Source: Macrostomum lignano
Lineage: Eukaryota
Direction of reading: 5' to 3'
Assembly (NCBI GenBank): GCA_002269645.1
Contig: NIVC01003040.1
Span: 1-64,000 of the forward strand
Length of the DNA: 64,000 nucleotides
In this document: piece by piece, positions 11,392 through 23,052 of the stretch
Layout: the number at the start of each line of letters is the position of its first letter
Position numbering within the stretch: position 1 is the first letter of the stretch
Translations under genes and position numbers: made by a program
The notes under the pieces: generated by a model
Databases searched by the model: none
Told to the model about the DNA's origin: nothing
Seen by the model: only the letters and a program-made list of their open reading frames with translations

Positions 11392-13519
11392 TTTTGGTAA
11401 ATGTCGCTGACAAATTCTGTGCACTAGTTTCAGCTGATCCAATTCGGTTGCAAGCCAAAACTACAGCAACCAGGGTTGGGATACCTGGGCACTGACGCTG
11501 CTGAGGCTTTATAGAAGTTCGGCGAAAAGAAAGGGGAAAGGGGAAAAGGGAAATGGGAAGAGAGAGGAAAAGTAAAGTTGGAAGCAAAATAGCGAACGGG
11601 TTTTGATCCGAGTGTTCCGACCTCTCTCATTGGTCAAGCGTTTTTGGACTAGTGTGGTAGATGGGTGGAGCATCGATCCAAGTTGGACACTCGATAATTT
11701 CGATCTCTATAATTTAGTCGGGAATTCGAAAGCTGTGTAGCAAGCTGTGTAGCAAGAGTTCAAAACAAGTTAAATACACGAGTCCATGTAATTTATGTTT
11801 CCATAAATTCTCTACTTTCGGCATAGATGTGGACATAAAGTTCCTCAACAAACTAAAGCACAGTACATTAAATTCCATATCCAAACAAATTTGCATGTAC
11901 AGATATGACAACAACACAAGCAAAAAGCCTGGAAATAAGCTTTAAAAGCAAATATTTTAAGTTAATAGATCTCTACCAACAATTTTATGTGCAACACACC
12001 AGAAAATTCTTAAATATAGCTTCGGTTTTTATGAAATAAGCCGGACTGTTTCATTTATAATAATCCACAAATAATCTATTTGATCTATTCATGTTAGGTT
12101 GTCTGTACTCTTGATAGAGAAGTGCATGAACAGTAATAGGATGTTTCGCACAGAAAAAATCAACCCTTTTACATTTATTTGTGTTATTGATAATGGTAAT
12201 AAACCCTGATAAATAATAATTTATGAGTTTTTAATTCGTTTATCCGTTTTGCGAATTAAGACATATTTTACTCCGCAAATCTAATGTTTTAACAAATTTT
12301 ACTTCTATATTTAAACACACGCACAGTTGTGAAGCCCTTTAAATAATATAAATCAAATTAAACAATTTTTATAGCAAATAAAGGACTCACATTTTTATTT
12401 TAATTAATATTTGTGTTGTTAAGGTCCAATATACAAAATTTAACACTAGCAACGAAATTTTTTTGATTTGGTAACTATCTATCTTTCGCATATATCGCTG
12501 ATCGCAACACCTTCAACAAAGAAGTACACGAGCATTCAATAATTTTACGGTATGTAGATTATACGTAAAGCAGTGTGTCCTTTGAGTTTAAATCTTGATA
12601 TCTGTGTTTACTTTAAATTCGCTGTTAGCAAAAAATATAATTTTTAGTATAAATGCAGAACGATATAGAATCTCGTTCACAATGACCAGCTATTTCCATA
12701 TACCAAAAATGATTTGTCGGTAGATAGGTATCTATGTGATCAGTAGAGAAAAATGGCTCAACCGATTTTCTTCGAACGTGCACTTTTCGATCAGAATTTT
12801 TTTCGTGACGGTACATGCATTGTGGCTAAGAAATTTAAAATACTAAAATCAATCAAATCAACTACTAAAATAGTGCGAAACAGTGGTTCTGGTTCTTTTT
12901 GTGCTGCTCTTCATAAAGATGCAGTTGAAAAATAGTCTATCAGACAAAAATTGAAATGCTAATTTATTTTTAATTTCTTCTTTAAAGTCCATTTTAGTCT
13001 AATACTCTAAATTTCTGAAATTTTACAAGTTAGATTTATGCAACAACTCAAAATTTATACCAAAGAACTATTTTAATGGTATTAATATGAGTTTCCTTGC
13101 TGTGTCATTTAATTTCAAAGATCTGTAGAAAACTTTCTGTTGGCTTGCTAGCAAGTGGATAATTTGAAATTTTAATTAAGTACAGATATTGTATTTCTTT
13201 AAAAAATCTTTGTTTTATTCACATGTCTGGATGATAATTTTTTAATGTTTCCTTTTAGGATCTTAAGCAAAATTAATTTCTTTACAACTTGTAGCACTTT
13301 CTAATTTCGAAGTATGGGATTCAAAACTGCTTGTAGTCTAAAATACATTAGGTTGCTTTTAAACAATGTGTTAAACAAGGACAAAATAGTATTGATGAAA
13401 AATAATGGAAGCTATGAAAATTAATTTTTATACATGTACTATTTGGAACTCATTGATGCATAAATGCTAAATCATCAAGATGCTCATGTTTCAGCCCAAA
13501 GCTCCCACAGCAGCAAGCC

Positions 13520-16500
13520 ATGGCCAAGGTCGTGAACCCACCGCCGCGCTACACCCACCCCGAGTGGACATTCAGCAACAATCAAAAGTATCGCAACGCC
13601 GAGCTCGAGCGGGCCGCCGCCGAACGGCTCAAAGCCGAGTCGGACCGCATCATCGAGGAGACGGCCAAGAAGACGGCCGCAGCCCAGGCCGACGTTGATA
13701 AGAAGCTGAGTGAGTGCAGATTCAGTGCAGATTGGATGGTAGATTCAGTGCAGATTGGGTGGTAGATTCAGTGCAGATTGGGTGGTAGATTCAGTGCAGA
13801 TTGGGTGGTAGATTCAGTGCAGATTGGATAGTAGATTCATTGCAGATTGGGTGGTAGATTCAGTTCAGATTTGGTGGTAGATTCAGTGCAGACTGGGTGG
13901 TAGATTCATTGCAGATTGGGTGGTAGATTCAGTTCAGATTGGCTGGTAGATTCAGTGCAGATTGGATGGTAGATTCAGTGCAGACTGGGTGGTAGATTCA
14001 TTGCAGATTGGGTGGTAGATTCAGTTCAGATTGGCTGGTAGATTCAGTGCAGATTGGATGGTAGATTCAGTGCAGATTGGATGGTAGATTCAGTGCAGAT
14101 TGGATGGTAGATTCAGCGCAGACTGGGTGATAGATTCAGTGCAGATTGGGTGGTAGATTCAGTGCAGATTGGGTGATAGATTCAGTGCAGATTTGGTGGT
14201 AGATTCAGTGCAGACTGGGTGGTAGATTCAGTGCAGATTGGGTGATAGATTCAGTGCAGATTTGGTGGTAGATTCAGTGCAGACTGGGTGGTAGATTCAG
14301 TGCAGATTGGGTGATAGATTCAGTGCAGACTGGGTGGTAGATTCAGTGCAGATTGGGTGATAGATTCAGTGCAGATTTGGTGGTAGATTCAGTGCAGATT
14401 GGGTGGTAGATTCAGTGCAGACTGGGTGGTAGATTCAGTGCAGATTTGGTGATAGATTCAGTGCAGATTTGGTGGTAGATTCAGTGCAGATTGGGTGGTA
14501 GATTCAGTGCAGACTGGATGGTAGATTCAGTGCAGACTGGGTGGTAGATTCAGTGCAGATTTGGTGGTAGATTCAGTGCAGATTGGGTGGTAGATTCAGT
14601 GCAGATTGGATGGTAGATTCAGTTCAGATTGGATGGTAGATTCAGTTCAGATTGGATGGTAGATTCAGTTCAGATTGAATGGTAGATTCAGTTCAGATTG
14701 GATGGTAGATTTAGTGCAGATTGGATGGTAGATTCAGTGCAGATTGGATGGTAGATTCAGTGCAGATTGGATGGTAGATTCAGTGCAGATTGGATGGTAG
14801 ATTCAGTGCAGATTGGATGGTAGATTCAGTGCAGATTGGATGGTAGATTCAGTGCAGATTGGATGGTAGATTCAGTGCAGATTGGATGGTAGATTCAGTG
14901 CAGATTGGATGGTAGATTCAGTGCAGACTGGGCCTTAGATCCAGGTCTACCGTGGATAAGTACTTCCATCGAATAAAATCCGAAAATGATTTTTTTCTTT
15001 TCTTACCTCCCAGACCAGCGTCTCAACGACGTGAAGTACTGGCGCGAGGAGGTCGACGAGAAGCTCGCCGGAGTCAGCGGCGAGATTGACAGGCTGGGCG
15101 CCTTCATCAGCCGAGTTGACAAAGCGCTCGAGTCGTACCAGGAGCCGCTGCACATCTCCCAGCAGTGCCTCATCAACCGGTGAGGAGAAGCGCCAGTAAT
15201 AAATATTATAGAATACCTCATACTGAATAATATTAATGATAATTGATTACACCTGTCCCAATTGGGCCAGATGTCGGTGCAACCGACAGCTCAGCCGCAG
15301 CTATTGCGCGGCGCATTTGAAGGCTGCGTATGGCTGTTCAGTCCAAGGACTCGGGGGGGGGGTGGGGGTCGCCACACACCCAGCTAATGCTGGCACCCAT
15401 TTTACAGCTGGGTGAACTGAAGCAATGCAGAGTTGTGCCTTGCTCAAGGGCAAGAACTGAACCCCCGACCTTTCAGTCGTGAACCGACGCTCTGAACACT
15501 AGGCTACAACCCCCTACTGAAAGAGTAGCAAGCAAAGAATGTGAAGCGGTTCTCTGATAGTGTCTGATAGTGTCTGGTAGTGTGTGGTAGTGTCATAGTA
15601 GTGTCTGGTAGTGTCTGGTAGTGTCTGGTAGTGTTCTGATAGTGTTCTGGTAGTGTCTGGTAGTGTTCTGATAGTGTTCTGGTAGTGTCTGGTAGTGTCT
15701 GGTAGTGTCTGGTAGTGTCTGGTAGTGTGTGGTAGTGTCTGGTAGTGTCTGATAGTGTCTGGTAGTGTGTCCTCCCTGCATCTTCTACTTGAGTAGTCAG
15801 TTAGGGATTACCTAAAAGCTCATCAACCCCGCAGCGAGGGCCGCATCGGAATCGACCTGGTCCACGACGATGTCCAGAAGGAGCTGCTGAAGGAGGTGGA
15901 GGTGAACCAGGGCGCCCAGGCGCTGCTCTTGAAGACGCTCGAGCAGGCCAAGGAGCAGCTCAGGCTGAACCGCAAGGCCAAGTACCAGCTGGAGAAGGAC
16001 ATCGCCGACAAGCGGAGCGCCGAGCAGCTCGACTCGCACTGCGTGGCGCTCAAGGGCAACTCGGCCGGCCTGGGCAGGTCGCCCTGCGCCGTGGGCATCG
16101 ACAGCAAGTTGGTGGCGCGCTCTTTGGCTTTTTGAGTTTGCATCTGTTGTTCTGCATCTTGTCCGATTCATGACTCAGGCCTTGTGATTTCTGTGAAACT
16201 TCCTCCGTCTCTCTCCCCGCTCATCTCCCTTCCTCTCCGCCCCTCTCCCTTCCTCTCCGCCCCTCTCCCTTCCTCTCCGCCCCTCTCCCTTCCTCTCCAC
16301 CCCTCTCCCTTCCTCTCCACCCCTCTCCCTTCCTCTCCGCCCCTCTCCCTTCCTCTCCACCCCTCTCCCTTCCTCTCCGCCCCTCTCCCTTCCTCTCCGC
16401 CCCTCTCCCTTCCTCTCCACCCCTCTCCCTTCCTCTCCGCCCCTCTCCCTTCCTCTCCGCCCCTCTCCCTTCCTCTCCGCCCCTCTCTTCCTCTCCGCCA

Positions 16501-18201
16501 CTCTCTTCCTCTCTGCCCCTCCCTTCCTCTCCGCCCCTCTCCCTTCCTCTCCGCCCCTCTCCCTTCCTCTCCGCCCCTCTCCCTTCCTCTCCGCCCCTCT
16601 CTTCCTCTCCGCCACTCTCTTCCTCTCTGCCCCTCCCTTCCTCTCCGCCCCTCTCCCTTCCTCTCCCCCCTCTCCCTCTCTCTCCGCCCCTCTCCCTCTC
16701 TCTCTCCGCCCCTCTCCCTCTCTCTCCGCCCCCTCCCTTCCTCTGAGGCTTCTCAGCTTTCAAAGCTCAGCATCCAAGTCTTCTCTCACCTCGCTCTGCT
16801 TCTCTCTTCATCTCTCACCCTTTTCTGCGGAAAATGCACTAAAAAGCCGACTTCAAAGCCCGACTGTCCCCACCCGCCATTGCAGGTCCGTCAGCCCTGA
16901 GGAGTGGCAGGAGTTAAGCAACCGCAACATCCTGGAGGCTGAGAAACAGCGCCAAAACTCCGCCCACATGTGCTCCATCGTTGACGGCATCCTGCAGGCG
17001 GTGGCCAACGACTTGGAGAAGCAGAAGAGCTGCGTCGATATCGCCGTGAAGCGCCGAGTCGCCGAGACCCGAGACTCCAAGGCCAAGCTCGAGGAGCACC
17101 TCGCCCAAGTGCTGGCCGAGGTCAAGGACATGGAGGTCAACATCGACAAGCTGGAGTCGGCCATCGCCGAGAAGGAGCAGCCGTTGAAGGTGGCGGAGAC
17201 CAGGCTGAAGGTCCGCGGCGCCCGACCCAACGTTGAGCAGTGCCGCGACCCCGCCCAGTTCAGGTAAGGATGAGGAGAGCCAAGGGGGCAGGGTTTGCTT
17301 GCTCAACCAGTTGAAAGGAAGTGACTCACTGCCTATCATAAATTTTCACCTGGCCATAAGAAACTCTTTGAAAAAACCGCAGCAGAAACTGTGTCGACCG
17401 TTCAAAGCTGGACTGCGTTGGATTCAGGTTCGACTGCGAGGGGAGGGCCGGTTTCCAAGAGCCCTGCACTTGCTTTCTCGATCGTTAAAATCTTTTCAAA
17501 GTGCCTGGACACTTTATTATATAGTTGTGTAGAGAGCTAAGTCTTAATATAGTTTGCTTGGATACTAAGCTATTCTATTCTAAATTCTATTCAAATTTAC
17601 TTTGGAGGTAAGTTATATATCTCATCTAGGTGGCTTAAATAGTAACCTAGCTGCTTGGAGAGTAAAGTGTAAGGTAAACTCTAGTCTAGGTGCCTCGAGA
17701 GTAAAGTACACTCTAGTCTAGGTGCCTCGAGAGTAAAGTACACTCTAGTCTAGGTGCCTGGAGAATAAAGTACGCGTGTAATCATTTAAAAGTACAAGCT
17801 TATATCTAAGGTCAGTGGTTTCTACGACTCGCCTGTAGGTTCAATCTCAGATTAAATTTAATATTTATTATCTTTATTAACAGCGCCGCTAATCCCTCAG
17901 CATCGCCGGGCTTATTCCGTACACTCAGCTGTGTCTGACGCGATTTCACAACTAAAATATTTACAAAAAAAATATTTTAAAAATGCCATTTCCTCCCAGG
18001 CTCGTCGAAGAGGTGGGCGGCATCCAGGCCTCGGTGGAGGCTCTCTCGCAGCGCCTGGCCGCCAGCCGCGACTCGCTGAAGGGGCTGCTGAGGCGGCAGC
18101 TGGACCTGGAGGAGGAGATCCAGATCAAGGCCAACACGCTCTATATTGATGAGGTGCAGTGCGGCGGCCTGCGGGGCAGCATCCAGATTCACTCCTTCTA
18201 A
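13520..18201 (+). CDS. TEKT1: Tektin-1 (tektin C-type) axonemal filament protein
   Basis: Exons 13520-13709, 15014-15179, 15835-16107, 16886-17263, 18000-18201 join in phase. The N-terminus MAKVVNPPPRYTHPEW..SN..KY parallels TEKT1. Tektin signature RPNVEQCRD. IQIKANTLYIDEVQC near the C-terminus. AATAAA near 18358. Confidence 0.92.
13714..14930. repeat. 23-bp minisatellite (AGATTCAGTGCAGATTGGRTGGT), about 53 copies, tektin intron 1
   Basis: Direct reading. Starts immediately after the 13710 splice donor. Confidence 0.95.
15250..15514 (-). mobile_element. Probable tRNA-derived SINE with a CORE/Deu(Nin)-like central domain
   Basis: The minus strand reads GTAGCCTAGTG (A-box-like) ... GGGGGTTCAG (B-box-like), then CCTTGAGCAAGGCAC..TGCTTCAGTTCACCCAGCTGTAAAATGGGTGCC, which resembles conserved SINE central domains. 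3' boundary approximate. Confidence 0.6.
15556..15770. repeat. 10-bp repeat (GTGTCTGGTA)n, tektin intron 2
   Basis: Direct reading. Confidence 0.9.
16200..16740. repeat. CT-rich about 20-bp minisatellite (CCCTCTCCCTTCCTCTCCGC)n, tektin intron 3
   Basis: Direct reading. Confidence 0.9.
17680..17760. repeat. Short 32-bp tandem repeat (GAGAGTAAAGTACACTCTAGTCTAGGTGCCTC), about 2.5 copies
   Basis: Direct reading. Confidence 0.75.
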
Positions 18202-19159
18202 GAGCAGCGGACCAGCAAAGCGGAAGCACTTCCGCTGGGGAACTCAAAAAAAGTTTCCTTCTTCTTTCTGTTGTCCCCAGCGAGCGCTTAAACAACTTTT
18301 TTCCTTCTCGTTTTGAATTTATTTTGATATCTCCGTTTTTAATGGTTCGTAGAGAATAATAAAGCAAATGTTCGACATCAACTACTGAATTAACTACTGA
18401 TGTAAATGTACAGGCTGGGGTCGGGCTGGGCGGCGCTTGTTGGCACCAATAAAGTACACTGTTCCTCCTCCTGTGTTTCTTCTGTCACTAGACACCTTGA
18501 GTCCCCGGCCTACTCCACCGCCAGCTCCAAGTTTAAAGTCTGTTTTTACCATGCATAAGTTAAGCTTATTGTACTTTTTTCTGCATAAACTATCAAATGA
18601 ATTGAGTTTGCTACTGGTAATTAACTATTATTAAATACAAATACAATAGAGGAATAAAGCAAATAAAAGTTGACGTTGATGCTACACTGACTGCTCGTAT
18701 TTTAACGGCACATTTAAACAATTTTTCTAATCTAGACTACTTTAAGTAGACAAATTGAGATGGTGGATGAAGTAATAAGTCTGGAGAGGAAATAATACTA
18801 GAATGTTGCTTCTTGCTCCCACAAACCCTCGCATAATAAGTCTCCCTTATTGAAAGGAATTCAAGCTTCTTCTGAAATTTGAGATGCAGCTTGGAGATCC
18901 GCGACTATTTTCTCTCGCGGCAAAGACCCAGATTGAAGAAAGTGGGAGAGAAGCCGCTGACGAGCTCTGAAGGACCGCCTCCGCGCCCTGCTGGCACTTC
19001 TGGTGTCCGTCCGCGATTTAGGATTGTGGTGACTTTTTCCCCTGACTGCTCTCTGCCTCTTTTCCATTGGTTTCCAGTCTGTTTCTAAGAAATCATCAGG
19101 CTGCGTTGAAATCGAATTCCAATGCTTGTTTCCTCTCATTGCTGCTTTTAGCTAACCGA

Positions 19160-19600
19160 CTCCCACACTCCCTAATCCTCTCCCACACTCCCTAATCCTC
19201 TCCCACACTCCCTAATCCTCTCACACACTCCCTAATCCTCTCAAACACTCCCTAATCCTCTCACACACTCCCTAATCCTCTTCCTCACTCCCTAATCCTC
19301 CTACACACTCCCTAATCCTCTCACACACTCCCTAATCCTCTCACACACTCCCTAATCCTCTCACACACTCCCTAATCCTCTCACACACTCCCTAATCCTC
19401 TCACACACTCCCTAATCCTCTCACACACTCCCTAATCCTCTCACACACTCCCTAATCCTCTCACACACTCCCTAATCCTCTCACACACTCCCTAATCCTC
19501 TCACACACTCCATAATCTCTCCCATTCCCTAATCCTCTCACACACTCCCTAATCCTCACACACACTCCCTAATCCTCTCACAACCTCACTAATCGCCTTC
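19160..19600. repeat. 20-bp minisatellite (CACACTCCCTAATCCTCTCA)n
   Basis: Direct reading. Confidence 0.95.
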
Positions 19601-20851
19601 CACAGTCTCTAATCCTGCAAATAACATCAGTGAACTGTTTTAATTCTCAGCCTACTCATTGCGCTGACTTATGCTCCAAGGACGCTCTGCCTGTGTTTGA
19701 CTTAAAGCAATCCAACACAAGAAGCCGCCCCGCCAGACCTAAACAGCTGCAATAATTTTTCACCTGTGGCGCTTCTCACCAAAGGGAAATTTGGTTTGAC
19801 TCTTCCTGAAAGACAGGGGGAAAAGGCAAATATTTATGAGCAAACGCGGAGTCCGAGCTGAGAGAAACGACTGAAGGCCGGGAAGTGCCGGAGCAGCGGT
19901 CCACAGACAGTGAGGCAGACAGCAGAGGGCAATGAGAAACAAGACAGAAGTCACGGGCTGCAGACAGGCATGTCGCAGAAATCTCGATAATTTTGGAATA
20001 GAAAAACGACAAAAAAATTATTGAGAATGCTGTGCGGGCTTCTCCACCTGGCAGAAAATATCCCCGCGGACAATGGCTTGGGGTTGGTGGTTCGACTCCC
20101 ATTTACAAGCGCGGGCCGCCGGGCTTCCACGGCCGCATGCTGGCTGCAATAAAGTCCCCGGCCTTTCCGCATAATTTTATAGTGAGCACCAGCGGCCGGT
20201 TTTTATTTCGGTACATGGACTGCTGCGACATGGACTTTTAAAGCTAGAAATCTGGACTTGAAACTCTGGACACAATATTTCAAACTTCAATTAAGAGATG
20301 TTGCATCTGTCCGCATCAGAGTCTCCCTTGACGGAATCCAAACAAAGACCTCACTTGCGAATCACTGACTGCGAATCGAGTGTGCTTGTTTCTATTCAAC
20401 ACGATGCATCCAGACATTAGTTAGAGAATTCCATGACTCAACCAGTTGGGGAGGTGGGCAAAGAGAGTTAGTTTTTATTGTCGGCGACTTAATCTACTGA
20501 GAGAGAGAAAGGCAGGGGGTGGTTGGCGATTTCCTAATTTGGCTGAGTGGGGGCGGCGGGCTCCCGCAAAGAACAGGATCAGTGCGTTTGGGCCGAGTGC
20601 GTGCAAATTAACTTTTATTTAAGCATTTTTTAGCAATAATAGCAGCAGTCAAGTGACCAGATAAGAAAATTTGCTGTCAAAGCAATTATCCACCTGGATA
20701 TGGCTGGGTGCATACAGACCCTTGTAGGGTTCAGAGTGACAGAATGACAGCTTAACAAGCAAAACTTCAGCGCTAAAATTATCAGCCGCTTGACTAGATA
20801 GGAATGTGGACTGGAGGCTGACAACTCATGTGCGATTCCTGTGTAGCTTTG

Positions 20852-21355
20852 GCTAGATTAGCAATCCACAGTATAGATTAGCAATCCACAGTATAGATTA
20901 GCAATCCACAGTCTAGATTAGCAATCCACAGTATAGATTAGCAATCCACAGTCTAGATTAGCAATCCACAGTATAGATTAGCAATCCACAGTATAGATTA
21001 GCAATCCACAGTCTAGATTAGCAATCCACAGTATAGATTAGCAATCCACAGTCTAGATTAGCAATCCACAGTATAGATTAGCAATCCAAGTATAGATTAA
21101 CAATCCAAGTATAGATTAACAATCCAAGTATAGATTAACAATCCAAGTATAGATTAACAATCCAAGTATAGATTAACAATCCACAGTCTAGATTAGCAAT
21201 CCAAGTATAGATTAACAATCCAAGTATAGATTAACAATCCAAGTATAGATTAACAATCCACAGTCTAGATTAGCAATCCACAGCGTAGATTAGCATCGAG
21301 TTTAGATTAGCAATCCACACCATAGATTAGCAATCCACACCATAGATTAGCAATC
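20852..21355. repeat. 19/20-bp minisatellite (TAGATTAGCAATCCACAGTA)n just downstream of the RA-domain gene stop
   Basis: Direct reading. Confidence 0.95.
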
Positions 21356-21372
21356 CCCAGCCCCCCAGTCCG

Positions 21373-22062
21373 CTACACCAGAGTGGCGTAGAACACCAGG
21401 TCACAGCAGCGCTCCGTCTCCGTGCCGAAGCCGCTGTCGCCAGCGTCAGAGGATGAAGCGGCCGCGGCAGCTGCTTCGCCTTCTTCAGCCCTCGGTCCCA
21501 GAAGGTTGAGCCGGCGCATCCAGTCGCTGATGATGTCCTCCTCCGGATTGTTGTCGACTGGTGGTTGAGCCGCGGCTGCCGTGGCAGCGGAAGCGGACAT
21601 CCGGTGGGAGCGCCGCGGTCGAACCTGCAGCTGCGGCGGCCGCGACCTGCCGCAGGCGCTCCATCGACGCCGAAGGAGGTTGGCGACCCGCAGCAGCGGC
21701 AGGTGGCCGCGGGCGCGCTTCGCTCGGCCGTCGGGCATGTCGGCCAGCAGCTCGAAGTCGGCCGCCGCCTTCCAGATCTCCGACGCCGAAGATGTCGCCG
21801 TCTGACTCCGCCGTCGCTCGCGGTGCCACAGGAGGGCAAAAATCGCGTCCCGGCATGTCGTGCCGCTGCTCAGCCCGGCGAGGGCGAATCGGCGACCTTC
21901 GAATGCCACGACGCAGACGTCGGTGCCAGCGCCGGTCATCGCCGATGGGGCCTTCTGCCGGCGTCGACGCCGACTTTGGCGCTGGCGCGGTGGCTCATCG
22001 ATGGCGTCCTCGGCAGCGGAATCCGAGGAGACTGATGAGGCGTAAGGGAAGCTGGAGCTCAT
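21373..22062 (-). CDS. Intronless 229-aa protein with an N-terminal-RASSF-like Ras-association (ubiquitin-fold) domain
   Basis: ATG at 22062 (MSSSFPY). CVVAFEGRRFALAGLSSGTTCRDAIFALL...FELLADMPDG.AKR..GHLPLL....W.....QLQVR follows the RA-domain pattern of RASSF7-10 (xVWVxGxxKxVxGxxxxTTCxDVIxAL). GC-rich codon usage. Confidence 0.7.
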   Translation of the reverse strand: MSSSFPYASSVSSDSAAEDAIDEPPRQRQSRRRRRQKAPSAMTGAGTDVCVVAFEGRRFALAGLSSGTTCRDAIFALLWHRERRRSQTATSSASEIWKAAADFELLADMPDGRAKRARGHLPLLRVANLLRRRWSACGRSRPPQLQVRPRRSHRMSASAATAAAAQPPVDNNPEEDIISDWMRRLNLLGPRAEEGEAAAAAASSSDAGDSGFGTETERCCDLVFYATLV

Positions 22063-22313
22063 TTCCCCACCCCTCAGTGAGCTCCGGAGGTTTGGGTGGC
22101 GCACGGTAGATTGATTACTTTGTACGGTAGATTGCAAGCGGACTTACTTGCAAGGTCGCTTCCCATTGGCCCCGAGATCCCCTGGCCCTTGGCAGCTTTG
22201 GATTGGACTAAGGCGCTCTGTGAGCGAACTGGCCCTCTGTCTGGGCTTCAGCTTCAGCCACCTGAAGCTACCTACTGAAGTGTGTTCTTTTCCACAGAAT
22301 TTCGTGGTATCAA

Positions 22314-22730
22314 CCTCCTGAAGGTAAAGCTCTCAGCCTCCTGAAGGTAAAGCTCTCAGCCTCCTGAAGGTAAAGCTCTCAGCCTCCTGAAGGTAAAGCT
22401 CTCAACCCCCTGAAGGTAAAGCTCTCAGCCTGCTGAAGGTAAAGCTCTCAGCCTGCTGAAGGTAAAGCTCTCAGCCTCCTGAAGGTAAAGCTCTCAGCCT
22501 CCTGAAGGTAAAGCTCTCAGCCTCCTGAAGGTAAAGCTCTCAGCCTCCTGAAGCTAAAGCTCTCAGCCTCCTGAAAGTAAAGCTCTCAACCTCCTGAAGG
22601 TAAAGCTCTCAACCTCCTGAAGGTAAAGCTCTCAACCTCCTGAAGGTAAAGCTCTCAACCTCCTGAAGGTAAAGCTCTCAACCTCCTGAAGGTAAAGCTC
22701 TCAGCCTCCTGAAGGTAAAGCTCTCAGCCT
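22314..22730. repeat. 23-bp minisatellite (AAGGTAAAGCTCTCAGCCTCCTG)n
   Basis: Direct reading. Confidence 0.95.
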
Positions 22731-23002
22731 CATCCTAAGCTCTGATCAGAAAACAAGCAAATGAAAAACAGAAGTCGCACATTTAAAATCCTTCAGTTTC
22801 TCCATAGCAACAAACTGCGAGCTAACAATGCGAAAAATTGTTTTGTAAAGAGGCCACGAGCTAAAAGACTGACAAATCTACCATGAAGGTGAGCCGCGCA
22901 GTAAAATACGCGATGATGATCTGGAGAAATGCACTGCTAGACATAACTAAGAAATGGCGCAATTTCGAGTTGGCAACAAATTGTCTGGCCAGTTTCAGAC
23001 TT

Positions 23003-23016
23003 GTCACCATGGCAAC
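23003..23016. promoter_or_regulatory. RFX X-box-like motif GTCACCATGGCAAC
   Basis: Exact fit to the 14-bp GTHNYY-AT-RRNAAC consensus. A half-site CCATAGCAAC lies near 22803. Located upstream of the RA gene and in the P450 3' flank. Confidence 0.45.
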
Positions 23017-23052
23017 AAGACTGTCAGTGTGTACAGAATAAAAAATTCGATT

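Noticed and set aside
13140-13156. CTTGCTAGCAAG palindrome upstream of tektin as an X-box
   Set aside because: It does not fit the 14-bp X-box consensus well enough.
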